In this document: positions 38,235 to 49,800 of the stretch, in pieces
Position numbering within the stretch: the first letter of the stretch is position 1
Layout of the letters: the number at the start of each line of letters is the position of its first letter
Origin: a virus
Lineage: Duplodnaviria > Caudoviricetes
Length of the DNA stretch: 64,000 nucleotides
Virus record (IMG/VR): IMGVR_UViG_3300001517_000002
Location: 1-64,000 of that record
Direction: 5' to 3' (one strand)
Translations under genes and position numbers: made by a program
Notes under the pieces: model-generated
Seen by the model: the letters and a program-made list of their open reading frames with translations, nothing else
Database searches by the model: none
Told to the model about the DNA's origin: nothing

Positions 38235-39761
38235 TTAATCTGGATAAAAGTTTATTGTACACCCATCAGGGAATGATGTTGGGTAATATTCGCAATCTTG
38301 TGCTATCATTACACTTGTAAGAGAAGTATTCCTAAATGCAAATCGCCCAATCTTTTTAACTGAGCGAGGAATTGATATAATTGATAAAGAATTATCATTA
38401 CAAAATGCACCAATAGGATTAACAGACGGGATATTAACATTTGTCAGAATACCATTTATAATCTCCCATGAAGAATGTTCATAGATAGTTACCTTTTCTA
38501 TAGTGACATCTGCTGTTAAGTCTTGTCCAGTTCTGTTAATAACTCCGATGTTGACAGTAAAAGAACTTGTGGAGTCAGGTGCATTAATGATTACAGTGTT
38601 ACCCGTACCACTTAGACTCCAATCACCACCATCTCCATTTCTAAAAAATCTAACATGGGGAGTTACTCCCTCGGGAAGTTCAGCATCTACAACAACTTTG
38701 TATTTCTTGAAAGAGCTTGCAGAGAAGTAGTATTCACCATACTGCCATTCCCATACAGGCATATTACGAGTGTAACAACCATTTGGTAAGTTCACAAGAT
38801 TTATGTTATACTTACCATTATTAGTATTGTAGGTGAGAAATTGTTCATTGCTTGATGTATCATAATATGCAGTTGAACTTATGCTTGCAAGCCAATCATT
38901 CCAAGAATATGCTGATAGGGTATCACCAAGAGTAAACCCATGTTGTGCAAGAAAAGTGGGATTATTTTTTTCTTGCATTGTACAAGCAATAAATGTACCA
39001 CTCGTTGTACAATTTTCAAATAAATCCGTTTCAACAAGAAGATTAGAACCACTAAACTGAGCGTTCCAAGTATCTTGGGATTTTACATTTAAGTCTACTA
39101 AGCTCTGATAACTTCCCTGAGAAGATACTTCTAACCCCTTTGAGGAAGAAGTACTACTCTTAAAGGTCACAGAACCCGAAAGGTGTGAATTATTAAGTGT
39201 AGCAGAGAGAATGTACCCAATACACTCACCATAAACTTGAATATTGCAATCTTCAAAAATAGGCTTGTATCGTTCTCCCACAGATATCACACCACTTGTA
39301 TCATGTGATAGAATGAATATATCACTTTTCTTAAAGCTTAAAGTATATAACGAGCTATAAAAATATAATAATCGACCCTGTTCTACAAATTCACCACTAA
39401 ATGAAAAGTTTTCTATGGTTGGCATTGGTCTGTATGAGGGGTGAGAACTATCACCTGTAAATACATTTCTGCCATTAACATACCAGTTCTCAAACTTAAT
39501 ATTTCTAAAACTATTTGCATAATACATTTTAAACAGTTCAGCGTTTTGCAAGTTTTTATTGCTTAAATATACATTTTTAATTGAATGGTTTTGTCCATCA
39601 AAGTCACAGGCAAGTATAACTCCTGAGTCTGTAATGGTTTCACCTCTCATATCGATGTCTGCACCTAATACAGCATATTTATTTTCTTGAGGAAGAACAG
39701 TCATAAGTTCATTCCATGTTGATATAACATAAGGGTTTGCCTTTGTTCCATCTCCTGTCAT
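38235..39761 (-). CDS. Putative receptor-binding protein: adhesin-like N-terminus, C-terminal BspA-type LRRs
   Basis: GDGTKANPYVI..LGADIDM start; GAFCNDNSLSIISIPRSVKKIGRFAFRNTSLTSV end. Confidence 0.65.
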   Translation of the reverse strand: MTGDGTKANPYVISTWNELMTVLPQENKYAVLGADIDMRGETITDSGVILACDFDGQNHSIKNVYLSNKNLQNAELFKMYYANSFRNIKFENWYVNGRNVFTGDSSHPSYRPMPTIENFSFSGEFVEQGRLLYFYSSLYTLSFKKSDIFILSHDTSGVISVGERYKPIFEDCNIQVYGECIGYILSATLNNSHLSGSVTFKSSTSSSKGLEVSSQGSYQSLVDLNVKSQDTWNAQFSGSNLLVETDLFENCTTSGTFIACTMQEKNNPTFLAQHGFTLGDTLSAYSWNDWLASISSTAYYDTSSNEQFLTYNTNNGKYNINLVNLPNGCYTRNMPVWEWQYGEYYFSASSFKKYKVVVDAELPEGVTPHVRFFRNGDGGDWSLSGTGNTVIINAPDSTSSFTVNIGVINRTGQDLTADVTIEKVTIYEHSSWEIINGILTNVNIPSVNPIGAFCNDNSLSIISIPRSVKKIGRFAFRNTSLTSVMIAQDCEYYPTSFPDGCTINFYPD

Positions 39762-39773
39762 ATACTCACCACC

Positions 39774-40607
39774 TTATTCAATTTCTGTAATTCCTTCGGG
39801 GATATATACTCCTAAAACATTAGAAGTATTAAAAGTTGTTGCTCTTATAATTGTTGTATCTTTGCCTCCCATTAGCGTAGGAACAGAAGGAGTGATAGTT
39901 TCTCCCTTGTAAAAAATCGAATTTGATTTATTATCAATTGTTTCGTATACATAATCTTCATCAGAAGTGGGGTCAAAAATTGGCAATTCTTCTATGTAAA
40001 AACCATATATGTAGCTACAAATATTTATATAGTTCCCCGTTCCATTCGCAAATATTTTTAATTCATGTTCTCCGCTTTCACAGAAAAAGGGGAGAGTAAA
40101 ACAAACTAAATTGTATTTGTCTTGCAAAATAGTTTCTCTTGGGACATGAGATATTTTATTTTCATCAATATAAACATCCAAAGAACAATCTCCCTCGATT
40201 GTTCCAAAAACATTGGCATTAAATACAATTAACAGATTAACGCTTTGGGTTGCTTTAAATTTTATAATCGTTATTCTTGTATTGTCTCTTATTATTTCTC
40301 CCAACGTATTTAACCCATTCACCACAATAGGAGAAGCCCCAGAGTCTTTATAGTTTACTGCACCGATATATGCAGACTGATTTGTTACTATCGCTCCTTT
40401 GTAATATAACTGTACGTTTTCTCCTACGTTTATAGCAGAGCCACTAAAATTAGGAACGGTATATTTAGTTCCATTTGATAAAACTTCTACGGTATAGTAC
40501 CCATTTTGTAAATCCTCTATTACTCGACATGGGAGAGATGTGATACAATTTGATTTCTTTAAAAATTCACTAATTCTTTTGTCGATTAATTCATTCAATG
40601 CCTCCAA
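39774..40607 (-). CDS. Baseplate/tail protein ending in BspA LRR N-cap
   Basis: OB-like N-terminus; ends DYVYE...VPTLMGGKDTTII...VYIPEGITEIE*. Confidence 0.6.
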   Translation of the reverse strand: MEALNELIDKRISEFLKKSNCITSLPCRVIEDLQNGYYTVEVLSNGTKYTVPNFSGSAINVGENVQLYYKGAIVTNQSAYIGAVNYKDSGASPIVVNGLNTLGEIIRDNTRITIIKFKATQSVNLLIVFNANVFGTIEGDCSLDVYIDENKISHVPRETILQDKYNLVCFTLPFFCESGEHELKIFANGTGNYINICSYIYGFYIEELPIFDPTSDEDYVYETIDNKSNSIFYKGETITPSVPTLMGGKDTTIIRATTFNTSNVLGVYIPEGITEIE

Positions 40608-40613
40608 AATGTA

Positions 40614-41855
40614 TCACCCCCTCATGCCATCATATGTCATATCGTTTGGTAGCCAATTAATATTTGTACAGTTTATGTTCATTTTTTCAGAACTTAAAGG
40701 AATGGTAATCGAATTTACAACAAATATTCCATTATCAATATTACAATATCTATCTGATACCCCTATTGTTTTGTTAACATCTAAATGTGGGATAATCATT
40801 GAACTAAATGCTAACTGAACTTTTAACATAGAGTTTAACTTTAAATAGCGATTAGCCACAGACCTACAGTCTCGAATCATTTGTGCTTCTGATACATCGT
40901 AGTATTCAATTTCTTGGCTTGTCCTGCGCAACCCCACACTAATGTTTATTGGCGAAAGCGGATTGGTATTGTACGCCGTATAGCTTACATTTGGTGTATC
41001 TATCTTTGAAGTATTTGTATACACGCACACAACATTTTCTCCCTCATCGAAAGAATAAGAATAATTAACTTCTTCATAAGTAGAAGATAAATCTGTAAAT
41101 TCCCATTGCAATGGGGTATATATATATCCACTATTGTCAATACATGGCTCAAAACAGAAGTTACCTTCTGTATTATAATATACCTCTGCATTATACAAAT
41201 CAGAAAGTTTAGTAAATATATCTCCAATAAAAGCATTTGCATCAATAGAAATATCTGACTGAATTACTTGTGAATTATATTTAGTATGAATATGCGGTGG
41301 AGCAGAATCAATCATTGAGGTATTGGTCATATTCATTTTACCTCTAATGATAATATCATTATTTCCCATGTTACGAGCTAATGTATCTTTTATCACGTTT
41401 GATAAAGAAGCTCCACGTTTAATGAGATACTGCACATCTGCCATGTTAATTTTCAAAGTACCATCAAGAGCTGCCCCTTTGTCAATTGCTTCAATAACGA
41501 CTGTGCCGTTCTGTACATCTGCTGTTTTGGTATAAAAAATTCCTTGTGACCACCAATACACATTTCCTTTAACAACCAGCCCTATCCATAATTTAAACTT
41601 GCGTTTATACCAGAAGTCTGAGTTTTTACTCGGTAAATATTTACCATCTACATTGGCAAGAGATAAGCTACAAGAACGGCGAGTAATGCGTTCATAATTA
41701 ATATTAATTTGACCGCCTACATTTTCCAAATTCTTTTCTATTTCTCCTATTACAGTTTCCCACTCGGATAACAATTCGAGTTTTATCTTATATGAACATC
41801 TATACTGTTTAAGCGCATTGAGATATTCTTTTGTATAGGTGTTAAAATATTCCAT
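40614..41855 (-). CDS. Baseplate hub/tail tip protein
   Basis: Second gene after the tape measure; ITRRSCSL, IPHLDVNKTI motifs. Confidence 0.65.
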   Translation of the reverse strand: MEYFNTYTKEYLNALKQYRCSYKIKLELLSEWETVIGEIEKNLENVGGQININYERITRRSCSLSLANVDGKYLPSKNSDFWYKRKFKLWIGLVVKGNVYWWSQGIFYTKTADVQNGTVVIEAIDKGAALDGTLKINMADVQYLIKRGASLSNVIKDTLARNMGNNDIIIRGKMNMTNTSMIDSAPPHIHTKYNSQVIQSDISIDANAFIGDIFTKLSDLYNAEVYYNTEGNFCFEPCIDNSGYIYTPLQWEFTDLSSTYEEVNYSYSFDEGENVVCVYTNTSKIDTPNVSYTAYNTNPLSPINISVGLRRTSQEIEYYDVSEAQMIRDCRSVANRYLKLNSMLKVQLAFSSMIIPHLDVNKTIGVSDRYCNIDNGIFVVNSITIPLSSEKMNINCTNINWLPNDMTYDGMRG

Positions 41856-41859
41856 TTTA

Positions 41860-43830
41860 TCACCTCTCTTGCATACGGGCTGGCTCAGAAATTCCTGTTA
41901 TAATTTCGTTAATATTGCAACATTCAGCCCAATTAAATTCTACTGTCGTAAAGAGCTGTGGTACGTTTTCTTGATAAATAGTGCTGGGATTTTCAGTAAT
42001 ATTAACTACCCAAACATCACCCTTTTGTGAACGTAAAACAAATTGGCAATCTTGTGTAATAAATTTTCTCCAAGCACGAACCATTTCAATTGTGTCATTG
42101 TAGGTGTTGTCTGGACACGATATACTTCCAATGCCAGCAGATACAGTTCCAGTCATAAAGTCCGTTTGTGTAGAAGTAAGTGAACTATATTTACCAAAAC
42201 CACTATGAAGTGTTTTATCTGTATTTTGTACTACGGTAGTATCATCAATGTCTGTGATAAATTTCCATGTATCTCCAATAAGGAAGAAGGGGAGTCCATT
42301 AACATCTTTTCCACTATCGTGAATAGCGGTGATAGTATATCCGTATTCTGAAGTGATAATTTTATCCGAAAGAACAGCTCTGTTAATTTCAGTTGATTCA
42401 ATTGTTCCAGAATAATATGGCACAAACATATACACATATTCTCCATGAGTGCTGGCTGTATAATCCACAAAAGCTCCCGAACCCCAAAAGTCGCCTATTA
42501 GTGTTTTGTGCGGAAAGCTACCATACTGGCTAATATTTTTTCCTTCAATTCTATAAACTCTAATACCATTACTTATAAGGTTTCCGTCAAAATCTATTCG
42601 TACTGCATTGTTCCATTTTTCTACCTTTGGTGGGTTTATACGAGTAAACTTGACCGTAGTTTCCCTTTCTGGAGCAATAAAATCTTCTGAATAAGCCGTT
42701 ATATCTGTACCGTCCTGACCAATTGCATTAACTACAAATCGGTATATGCGTGTATTATCATTTCCCCCAAATAGCGGACAAAACTTAGAATACCCCTTTT
42801 CATTATCTAAATTGCTTATATCCGAAACATAATAATATTTGTCTTTGTATTTGTCATATTGTTGACCTTGACGTATAACATCTCCTAAATTAACGTCATC
42901 AGTTGTTAGCGCAAAACGCTGTTCGTCATTAGCTACCGCTTTCGCAACATCAACATAATAGTCGTAATCGTCTACAAATGTATATTCTATCTTTTGCGAA
43001 TATCTTTTTCCCGTCTTGGCAACATCATAATATACACCACCATCAGTCTTTTTCTGCATGGTTAGTGTATAATACTTCAAGAAATGATATTGTGCCTGAC
43101 TATAAACAGCAGAAAACTTTACACCATATGCGTTCCACTCTGCGTTCATCGCAACGATTTGCGGTCTTGTTGCGAGTTTAAAATAGTATTGTGGTGTAAC
43201 GATATAATTACAATATATTTGATAAGGAGTTCCTATGGGGTAATCATTTGCAAGACCACTCTCAAGAATAATTTCTCCTGTCGCATAGTTGTAACTTATT
43301 ATTTTTTGAGACTCCCCACCTATTTTTAGTGACATTATATTTAGATAATATGTAATACCACTGTTTACAACCGTTATAGGTTTTTTTATTTCTGCAAAGT
43401 CCCATTCATAAATACTATTTATTTGATTTTCTATAATAAAAGATGTAGAACCAGAAGTGTAAGCTTCTTGAACCTCTCCTCTTAAAACAAAACGGTCTGT
43501 TGCTACACCACCAGAATTTGTCAATCCTCCTATTATCATAAATTGCATTATATATGAACCAACAGGATTAAGATTACTTAATAGTCCTACCCCATAAACA
43601 GTATCATTATTATATGCCAAGGGATTATATTGCATTAATTCGGTGTCATAACTATATATTACCGAATCTGCCTTGGCTAATTGTCCTGTTTCATAATCAA
43701 AAAATCTAACTGCATAAGCTTTTAAATTATCACCTTTAAAGGTAAAACTCACACGAGTTTCATTTTCTTCACTATTTCTATCCAGAGTTATATTATTATC
43801 TGGATATACGTTGATAGGCAGTTGAACCAT
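41860..43830 (-). CDS. Distal tail/baseplate protein
   Basis: Directly downstream of the tape measure, beta-rich. Confidence 0.6.
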   Translation of the reverse strand: MVQLPINVYPDNNITLDRNSEENETRVSFTFKGDNLKAYAVRFFDYETGQLAKADSVIYSYDTELMQYNPLAYNNDTVYGVGLLSNLNPVGSYIMQFMIIGGLTNSGGVATDRFVLRGEVQEAYTSGSTSFIIENQINSIYEWDFAEIKKPITVVNSGITYYLNIMSLKIGGESQKIISYNYATGEIILESGLANDYPIGTPYQIYCNYIVTPQYYFKLATRPQIVAMNAEWNAYGVKFSAVYSQAQYHFLKYYTLTMQKKTDGGVYYDVAKTGKRYSQKIEYTFVDDYDYYVDVAKAVANDEQRFALTTDDVNLGDVIRQGQQYDKYKDKYYYVSDISNLDNEKGYSKFCPLFGGNDNTRIYRFVVNAIGQDGTDITAYSEDFIAPERETTVKFTRINPPKVEKWNNAVRIDFDGNLISNGIRVYRIEGKNISQYGSFPHKTLIGDFWGSGAFVDYTASTHGEYVYMFVPYYSGTIESTEINRAVLSDKIITSEYGYTITAIHDSGKDVNGLPFFLIGDTWKFITDIDDTTVVQNTDKTLHSGFGKYSSLTSTQTDFMTGTVSAGIGSISCPDNTYNDTIEMVRAWRKFITQDCQFVLRSQKGDVWVVNITENPSTIYQENVPQLFTTVEFNWAECCNINEIITGISEPARMQER

Positions 43831-43852
43831 TATGCCACCTCCTTAAAATATT

Positions 43853-43880
43853 GTCCCCTGTATATTTCTATACAGGGGAC
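43853..43880. terminator. Hairpin after the tape measure gene
   Basis: GTCCCCTGTATA-TTTC-TATACAGGGGAC perfect 12-bp stem; weak U-tract. Confidence 0.5.
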
Positions 43881-43886
43881 TTGTAA

Positions 43887-46800
43887 TTATTGTTTGCCAG
43901 TATAACTCTCTGTTAATTTGTTTCTAAAATACTGGTCAAGCTCTTTATCGAGATTTCGTGTAAGCTCTCTTGGGTTGTTAGCATATACATTGATAGCCCC
44001 AATAGAAACACCTGATTTGTTATTGTTGTTATTTAACTTAAATCCAGCAAGCTTATTCGCTTCTAACATTGTGTCCGCAATAAGATTTGGAGTATTATGT
44101 ATTAAAGAGTATAACTTTGCAGAATCCCTTGCATTGAGTATTAGTTCAGGAGCATTTTTTCTGCCATGCAGCATTGCAACTCCTGTCTCATCTACAACGC
44201 CACCAGAAGAATAACCACGAATTTTCCCCTCTCTCATTGCCTTGACAGCATCAGTCAAAGACATCTCACCGCCAAGCACACGCTCTACCATTTCCTGACT
44301 CGTAATGACTTCCATACTCTTAATAGCCATATCGTCAAGAATATCACGAGCTTCACGCAAATTATCTAAGCCAGAAACAAAGAAATTAATATCATAATCT
44401 CCACCACTCAAATTATCGAGGGCAGAAGAAAGACTGTCAATGACTGATTGTTTTCTACCTATATCATCAACTAATCCAGAAATCTTGTTTTTAAAAGTTT
44501 CAAAATTACTTGTACGTTGTTCAAGCGTAGAGTTCTCATCAATCTTAACAGTATCAAGATATTGAACGTATTCTCCGTTCTTAGCTTTAAGAGCTGAAAC
44601 GGCATCTTCAACTTGCTTCTTGTAATTCTTCCAAGAATTAATCTGTTCTTGTTTTGATTTGATTTCAGCATCTTTAGCCTTGATTGCTTCTTCTTTGAGC
44701 TTAATCTCAGTATTCGTTAATGTCTTTAAAGCAGCGTTATGATTTTTATATTCTGCTTTAAATTTTTTCATAATGTCTACGTCATGATTAGCAATTTGCT
44801 CACGCCAATCAGCACCGAGTATTTGTTCCGCAAGCAATTCTTCTTCTGCGGTTTGAATTTCCTCTGAAATTACTTTCCAAATTTCAGCATATTCTTCTTC
44901 GAGTTCAATCTGATTGTCTATCTTTGCTAATTCATTGTCACGTTCTTTTTCAAGCTCCTTAATCGCCCGTGCGTTTTCAAAGCTATCGAGGTCACTTTGA
45001 GCATTTTGAACATCTTCTTTAACGCTTTCGTAACGATAGCCTCGTGTTTCGTCATAAACATATCGTTTGTTATTACGAGCATTTTCAAGATTCGCAAGTT
45101 TCTGTGCATATTCAAGAGCATCTTCACGTTCTTCGTTTTCCGTTTTAAGAGCCTCAATACGTTTATTATATGTATCTTCAATAGCCTTGCGTTCATCTTC
45201 AAGTGCTTTCTTTTGTTTTTCTATTGTATTTTGAACAACACTATTAACAGTGTCATACTGTTTAATAATATCTTCTAATGCACTCTTTTGTTCGTTGAGA
45301 CTGTCAAGCTCATCCTGTAAAGATTGCTTTTCGGATTCAAGCGTAGATAATTCTTCTTCGTGCTTGGATATTACATTATCAATAACATATTCCTGTGCCT
45401 TTAAACGATTGTCAATTTCCTTATTTATTGAATCAATATCCTTATTTAACTGGTTGATTTCATCATTAAGTCTTTTCTGTTGAGCCGCAAGTGCCTCGGT
45501 AATGTTTACTGTATTACCAAGTTTTTGTTCCCACTGTGTAATATAAATATTATTTCGTTTAATTTGCTCTCCATACTCTTGTAAGTTTTCTTTGCCCTTC
45601 CTGATTGTTTCAAGTGCAGCTTGATACTCGGCACGATAGGCAGAGTTCGATAATCCTCTTGCTCCCAACAAAGCAACTTCGGCTTGTGCCTCATCCAGAG
45701 TTACTTGCAGTTGTTCTTTCTTGGTCTTTAATGTTTGATTTTCTGTTTCTAATGAAGCGATTTGCTGATTAATATATTGGTCTTTCAGTTCCATCAATTG
45801 TTCTTGATTCAAGACATACTGACCATTAACCATTTTAATGTCCGTAATAATTTTATCAGTATCTAATTCCATTATTTTCCAGAAATCAGCATTTGATAAT
45901 CCTTCGCCATTAGCAAGGGTTTGGAGCGCAGAAGTCATTGTATCAACAGTTTTACCGAAACCACTTTCAATTTCATTCGTGCTCTCAAACCATTTAGCTC
46001 TGGTTTCCTCAACAGATGTATACAAGGTATCAAGTTTGTTTAGATTTTCCTTTGAAACTTCACCAATCACCTCAATGTCTGGAGCTTCAAACTTTCTAAT
46101 TTCAGACATATAGTATTCTGTATTTGCAAGTTCTGTGTTTAAGTGATTATATCTCTTGGTAAGTTTTTCGAGAGTATTCTTATCAACCTCATCAAGTTGA
46201 GAATAAATTTCAATTAATTGTTCAACTTGATTCTTTGCATCTTTGATTTCACCAGATAAATATAGCTTATTAGAAAATAAACCATCTTCAAACTGTAACC
46301 CAGCTACATTATCATATATATTCTGTATACTTTCATCTACACCTTCAATGACATATAAAGATTTTGCTAAATCATCATGTTTAGGTAAGTAAAAATCACC
46401 GTATATATCAAAATCTTGAGGGTTGTTGGGATTATAACCATAGGGGGTAACATTGTAACTTGATATTATTTCAGCTTCTTTTATCTTATCGGCATTTTCA
46501 ATTCGCCATTGTTCATATTGTGCCTTAGATAATTCGTCAATCTTTTGAAGCTGCTCATCATATTTTCCATTAACAAGGTCTAATCCCTTGGCTTCTTCTC
46601 CAAATTTATCAATTAAATCCGTTTGTATTTGAGATAATTTATCCTTTGCATCAACAGTGGTATCAATAGATAAAGCTACTTGTTTATATTGAGTTACAAG
46701 TTCCTCAATACTTTCTGCTTCTTGTATAAAAGATTCTGTACTATCTCTTAACGCATTGGATGTATCAATTGAGTTTTGTCTTACCTCATCTAATTCTTCT

Positions 46801-49800
46801 TCGGTAATAAAAAGTTTGTCTACCAGCTTTCCAATACCTTGTACTAATAAACTTACAGCAAGAGACAAACCAAAACTTAATGCAGCATTAAGGGCAGTTA
46901 CTTTGATTTCAGTCGCTACTGCTTGTGCGCCTGTCGATTTCAACGCCCCTGTAATTTTAGCCAAGCCCTTTGTGTCAGAAGATTTTATATCATTTTGAAT
47001 TTCTTTAAAGGTTTTGCCAAATAATGTAATTTGTTTATTTGCATTATTTGTTTCGTCAACAATAGAACCAAATACACCTACGCCTTTAGTCATACTAAGA
47101 GTCGCGCCCAATCCTGCCATTAAAGTTGGGAATGAGCCAAACACTTTAACTATCTTAGTAAGGATTTCTAAGAATTTTTGCGCTCCACCAAGAAGATTTT
47201 TAGTAAACTCACTATTAACAACAGTTTGTGCAAACTCTTGGTATGCAGCTTTCAGAGTATCAAGAGAATACTGAATAGACTTTGCATATTCGTCTTGTTC
47301 TCTCATAGCAGAACCAGTTGAATTAACTGATTTGTCTAAAACCTCATCAAGTCTCTCGTAATTATTAAGAGCAGCGGCAACAATATTTGATTGACGTTTT
47401 CCTGCGATTGCCTCAAGAAGTGATGCTTGGTCAATATCGCTAATGTCATTCCATACTTTACCAAGTTCCTCGATAATCTGATAAGTTGACTTAAATGTAT
47501 TTTCGTCAATCATTATATCTACGCCAGAGATGCCTTTAATAAGCTCACGAAGTTTAGCTGTAGATTCTACCATTCCTTCGGTATCTTCTCCAGCTTCTTC
47601 AAGCTCTGTTTTAGCACCACGAATACGAAGTGCCACCGTCCTCCAACCTTGTGCAACCATCTCGGGATTCTGAACTATTTCATTCGCAACTGTTGTAAGT
47701 GCAATAGTTTCATCAAGAGTATTATTAGCTGCACTCATAGCAGAAGCTACTCTTTGTAAAGCCAATCCAAGCCCACCAGAATCAATAGCAAAGTTGTTTG
47801 ATACATTATTAATTCTATCAATGATTCTCTCGGCTTCAGAAGCTTCTATATTAAACGCTTTCATGACACTAATAATGCTTTCAGAAGCACTATCTATGTC
47901 AATGCCATCACCTACGTTTTTGTAAAGCGTAGCAACCCTACCAAGCTCCTCGGCATCTGGCAAATTAAAACCAGCTCTGCTAAATGTGCTTGTGGCATTA
48001 ATAACATCACTTACACTTGCACCTAATGTTTTAGCAGTTATAGCAGCAGATTTCTGAAAATCTTCAAACTCTTTATCGCTGGCTTCTGTAACTTTTCTCA
48101 GTTCTACCATTGCATTATCAAGAGTTATAACTTCATTAACTAATGATTTTACAATGCGAATAGCTCCTTGCAAGGAAATCCATTGCATAAGAACCTGACT
48201 GAGCTGAACACGCATATTTCTAAAGAAACTATTTGTTGTTAAATTAGCGGCATCTGCTTCTTTCTTAAACGTAGCTATTTCTTCATTAAGGTGTTTAAAA
48301 TCGTCTGCACTTAAATTGCCACTCCTAAGTCTACTCTGTAACTGTTTTAATTTTTCAGCAAAAGTAGTTATACCGTCTGAGGTGAGTTTAGTTGACTGCG
48401 CTACCTTCTTATTTTTATTAGACCAATCTTCAAGAGAAGCAGAAACTCTTGCTATGCGATTATCAAGAGTAATTTTCGCAGAAGCATTTTTTGCAGTACG
48501 CTCTGACTCTTTAAGAGCTTGTGCCGATTGTCTTTGAAGTTCAACCTCTTTTTGTTGTAAGGCAATGCCATCAAGTTTTGCCTTTGCTAAATTCTGTGCA
48601 TCAATCAAAAGATTATCATATTCTTGTATCTGCTGAGAGATTTCTTTTGTCAGTAAACCTTCGTTCTGTAATCTTTCAATTGTTGAAGCAACAACCTGTC
48701 TGTAACGTGTTACATAACTTTCGGCAACACCCTTTTCTTCATTTGTAGCAGAAGGGGATAAAGTAACCTTAGAATATTGCTGAATTTTCTGATAAGCCGC
48801 ATTTATTTCTCTTAAAGCCTCTAACTGTTTTTTTGTGGAAGAAGAAGCATCCTGAGACTCTAAGTTTTTAGCCAGCTTTATGTCACTTGTAATTTGACTA
48901 ATCAAGATACTAAGTTCTTGATACTGTCTTATCCACTTTTCGTTGTAACCATCTTGTGATTGTGTACGCTGCAAATCAATTAATTTTTGCTGCGCTTCGG
49001 CTAACGAATTAAAAGTAGTTTCAGATTGATTAAGCCCATTTAATCCTTCATAGGCGACCTGTAGATTCTTTAATTCATTAGAGAAGTTTCTCGCATTATT
49101 AATAGCATTGGTAAATTGATTGAGAGAACTATCTCCACCTCTAAGTAACGAGCCTAAATTCTTTACTGCACCATTAAGTGCAACAAATTCAGCCCGTAAT
49201 TCCTCTACATTTCCCTTACCATTCTTTAGTTCTGCAAGCTTTTGTTCAAAGGACTCAAACGAGATTATATCATTATTCAATGTTGCTTTTATGTTGGGTG
49301 CGAAATCTTCACCAACATTTGCTTTAAGAGAAGCCAGTTTTGATGTATACTGGTCTACAAATTTCGTAAGCTGTTCTGCTTGCTTCAAAACGCCACTGTC
49401 ATTGTAAGTACCAGAAACATATTCAAAAGCATTTCCAGTTTCATTTATTTCAAAACGTAAAGTTCTTAATTCTCCACGAGCGTTCTTAATTGTCGCAACA
49501 AGACCGTCTAACGCTTTGCCACTACCGTTTTCGCTATCAGAGCCTTCTTTTCCGCTGTACAGTCCCTTTACACTGACTTCTCCTAAAGGAGCTAATCTCT
49601 TTTCAAGTAAAGTTATGTTCTTATTAGCGTCAGTATATCCATTGGTTGTTAATGCGCTGAAACTTTTGGTAAATGTATCATTCAAATTTCTCAAAGAGTT
49701 AGAAACTTTGTCTACTTCTTTGGTAGTTTTTTGAGAAGCATTTTGAATATTACTCATAACATTTGTTGTTGTGTTACGAGTGTCAAAATCTATATTACCA

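Noticed and set aside
33285-40607. Diversity-generating retroelement or invertible shufflon in the fibre genes
   Set aside because: No reverse transcriptase, invertase, TR/VR pair or inverted cassette is visible in this window.
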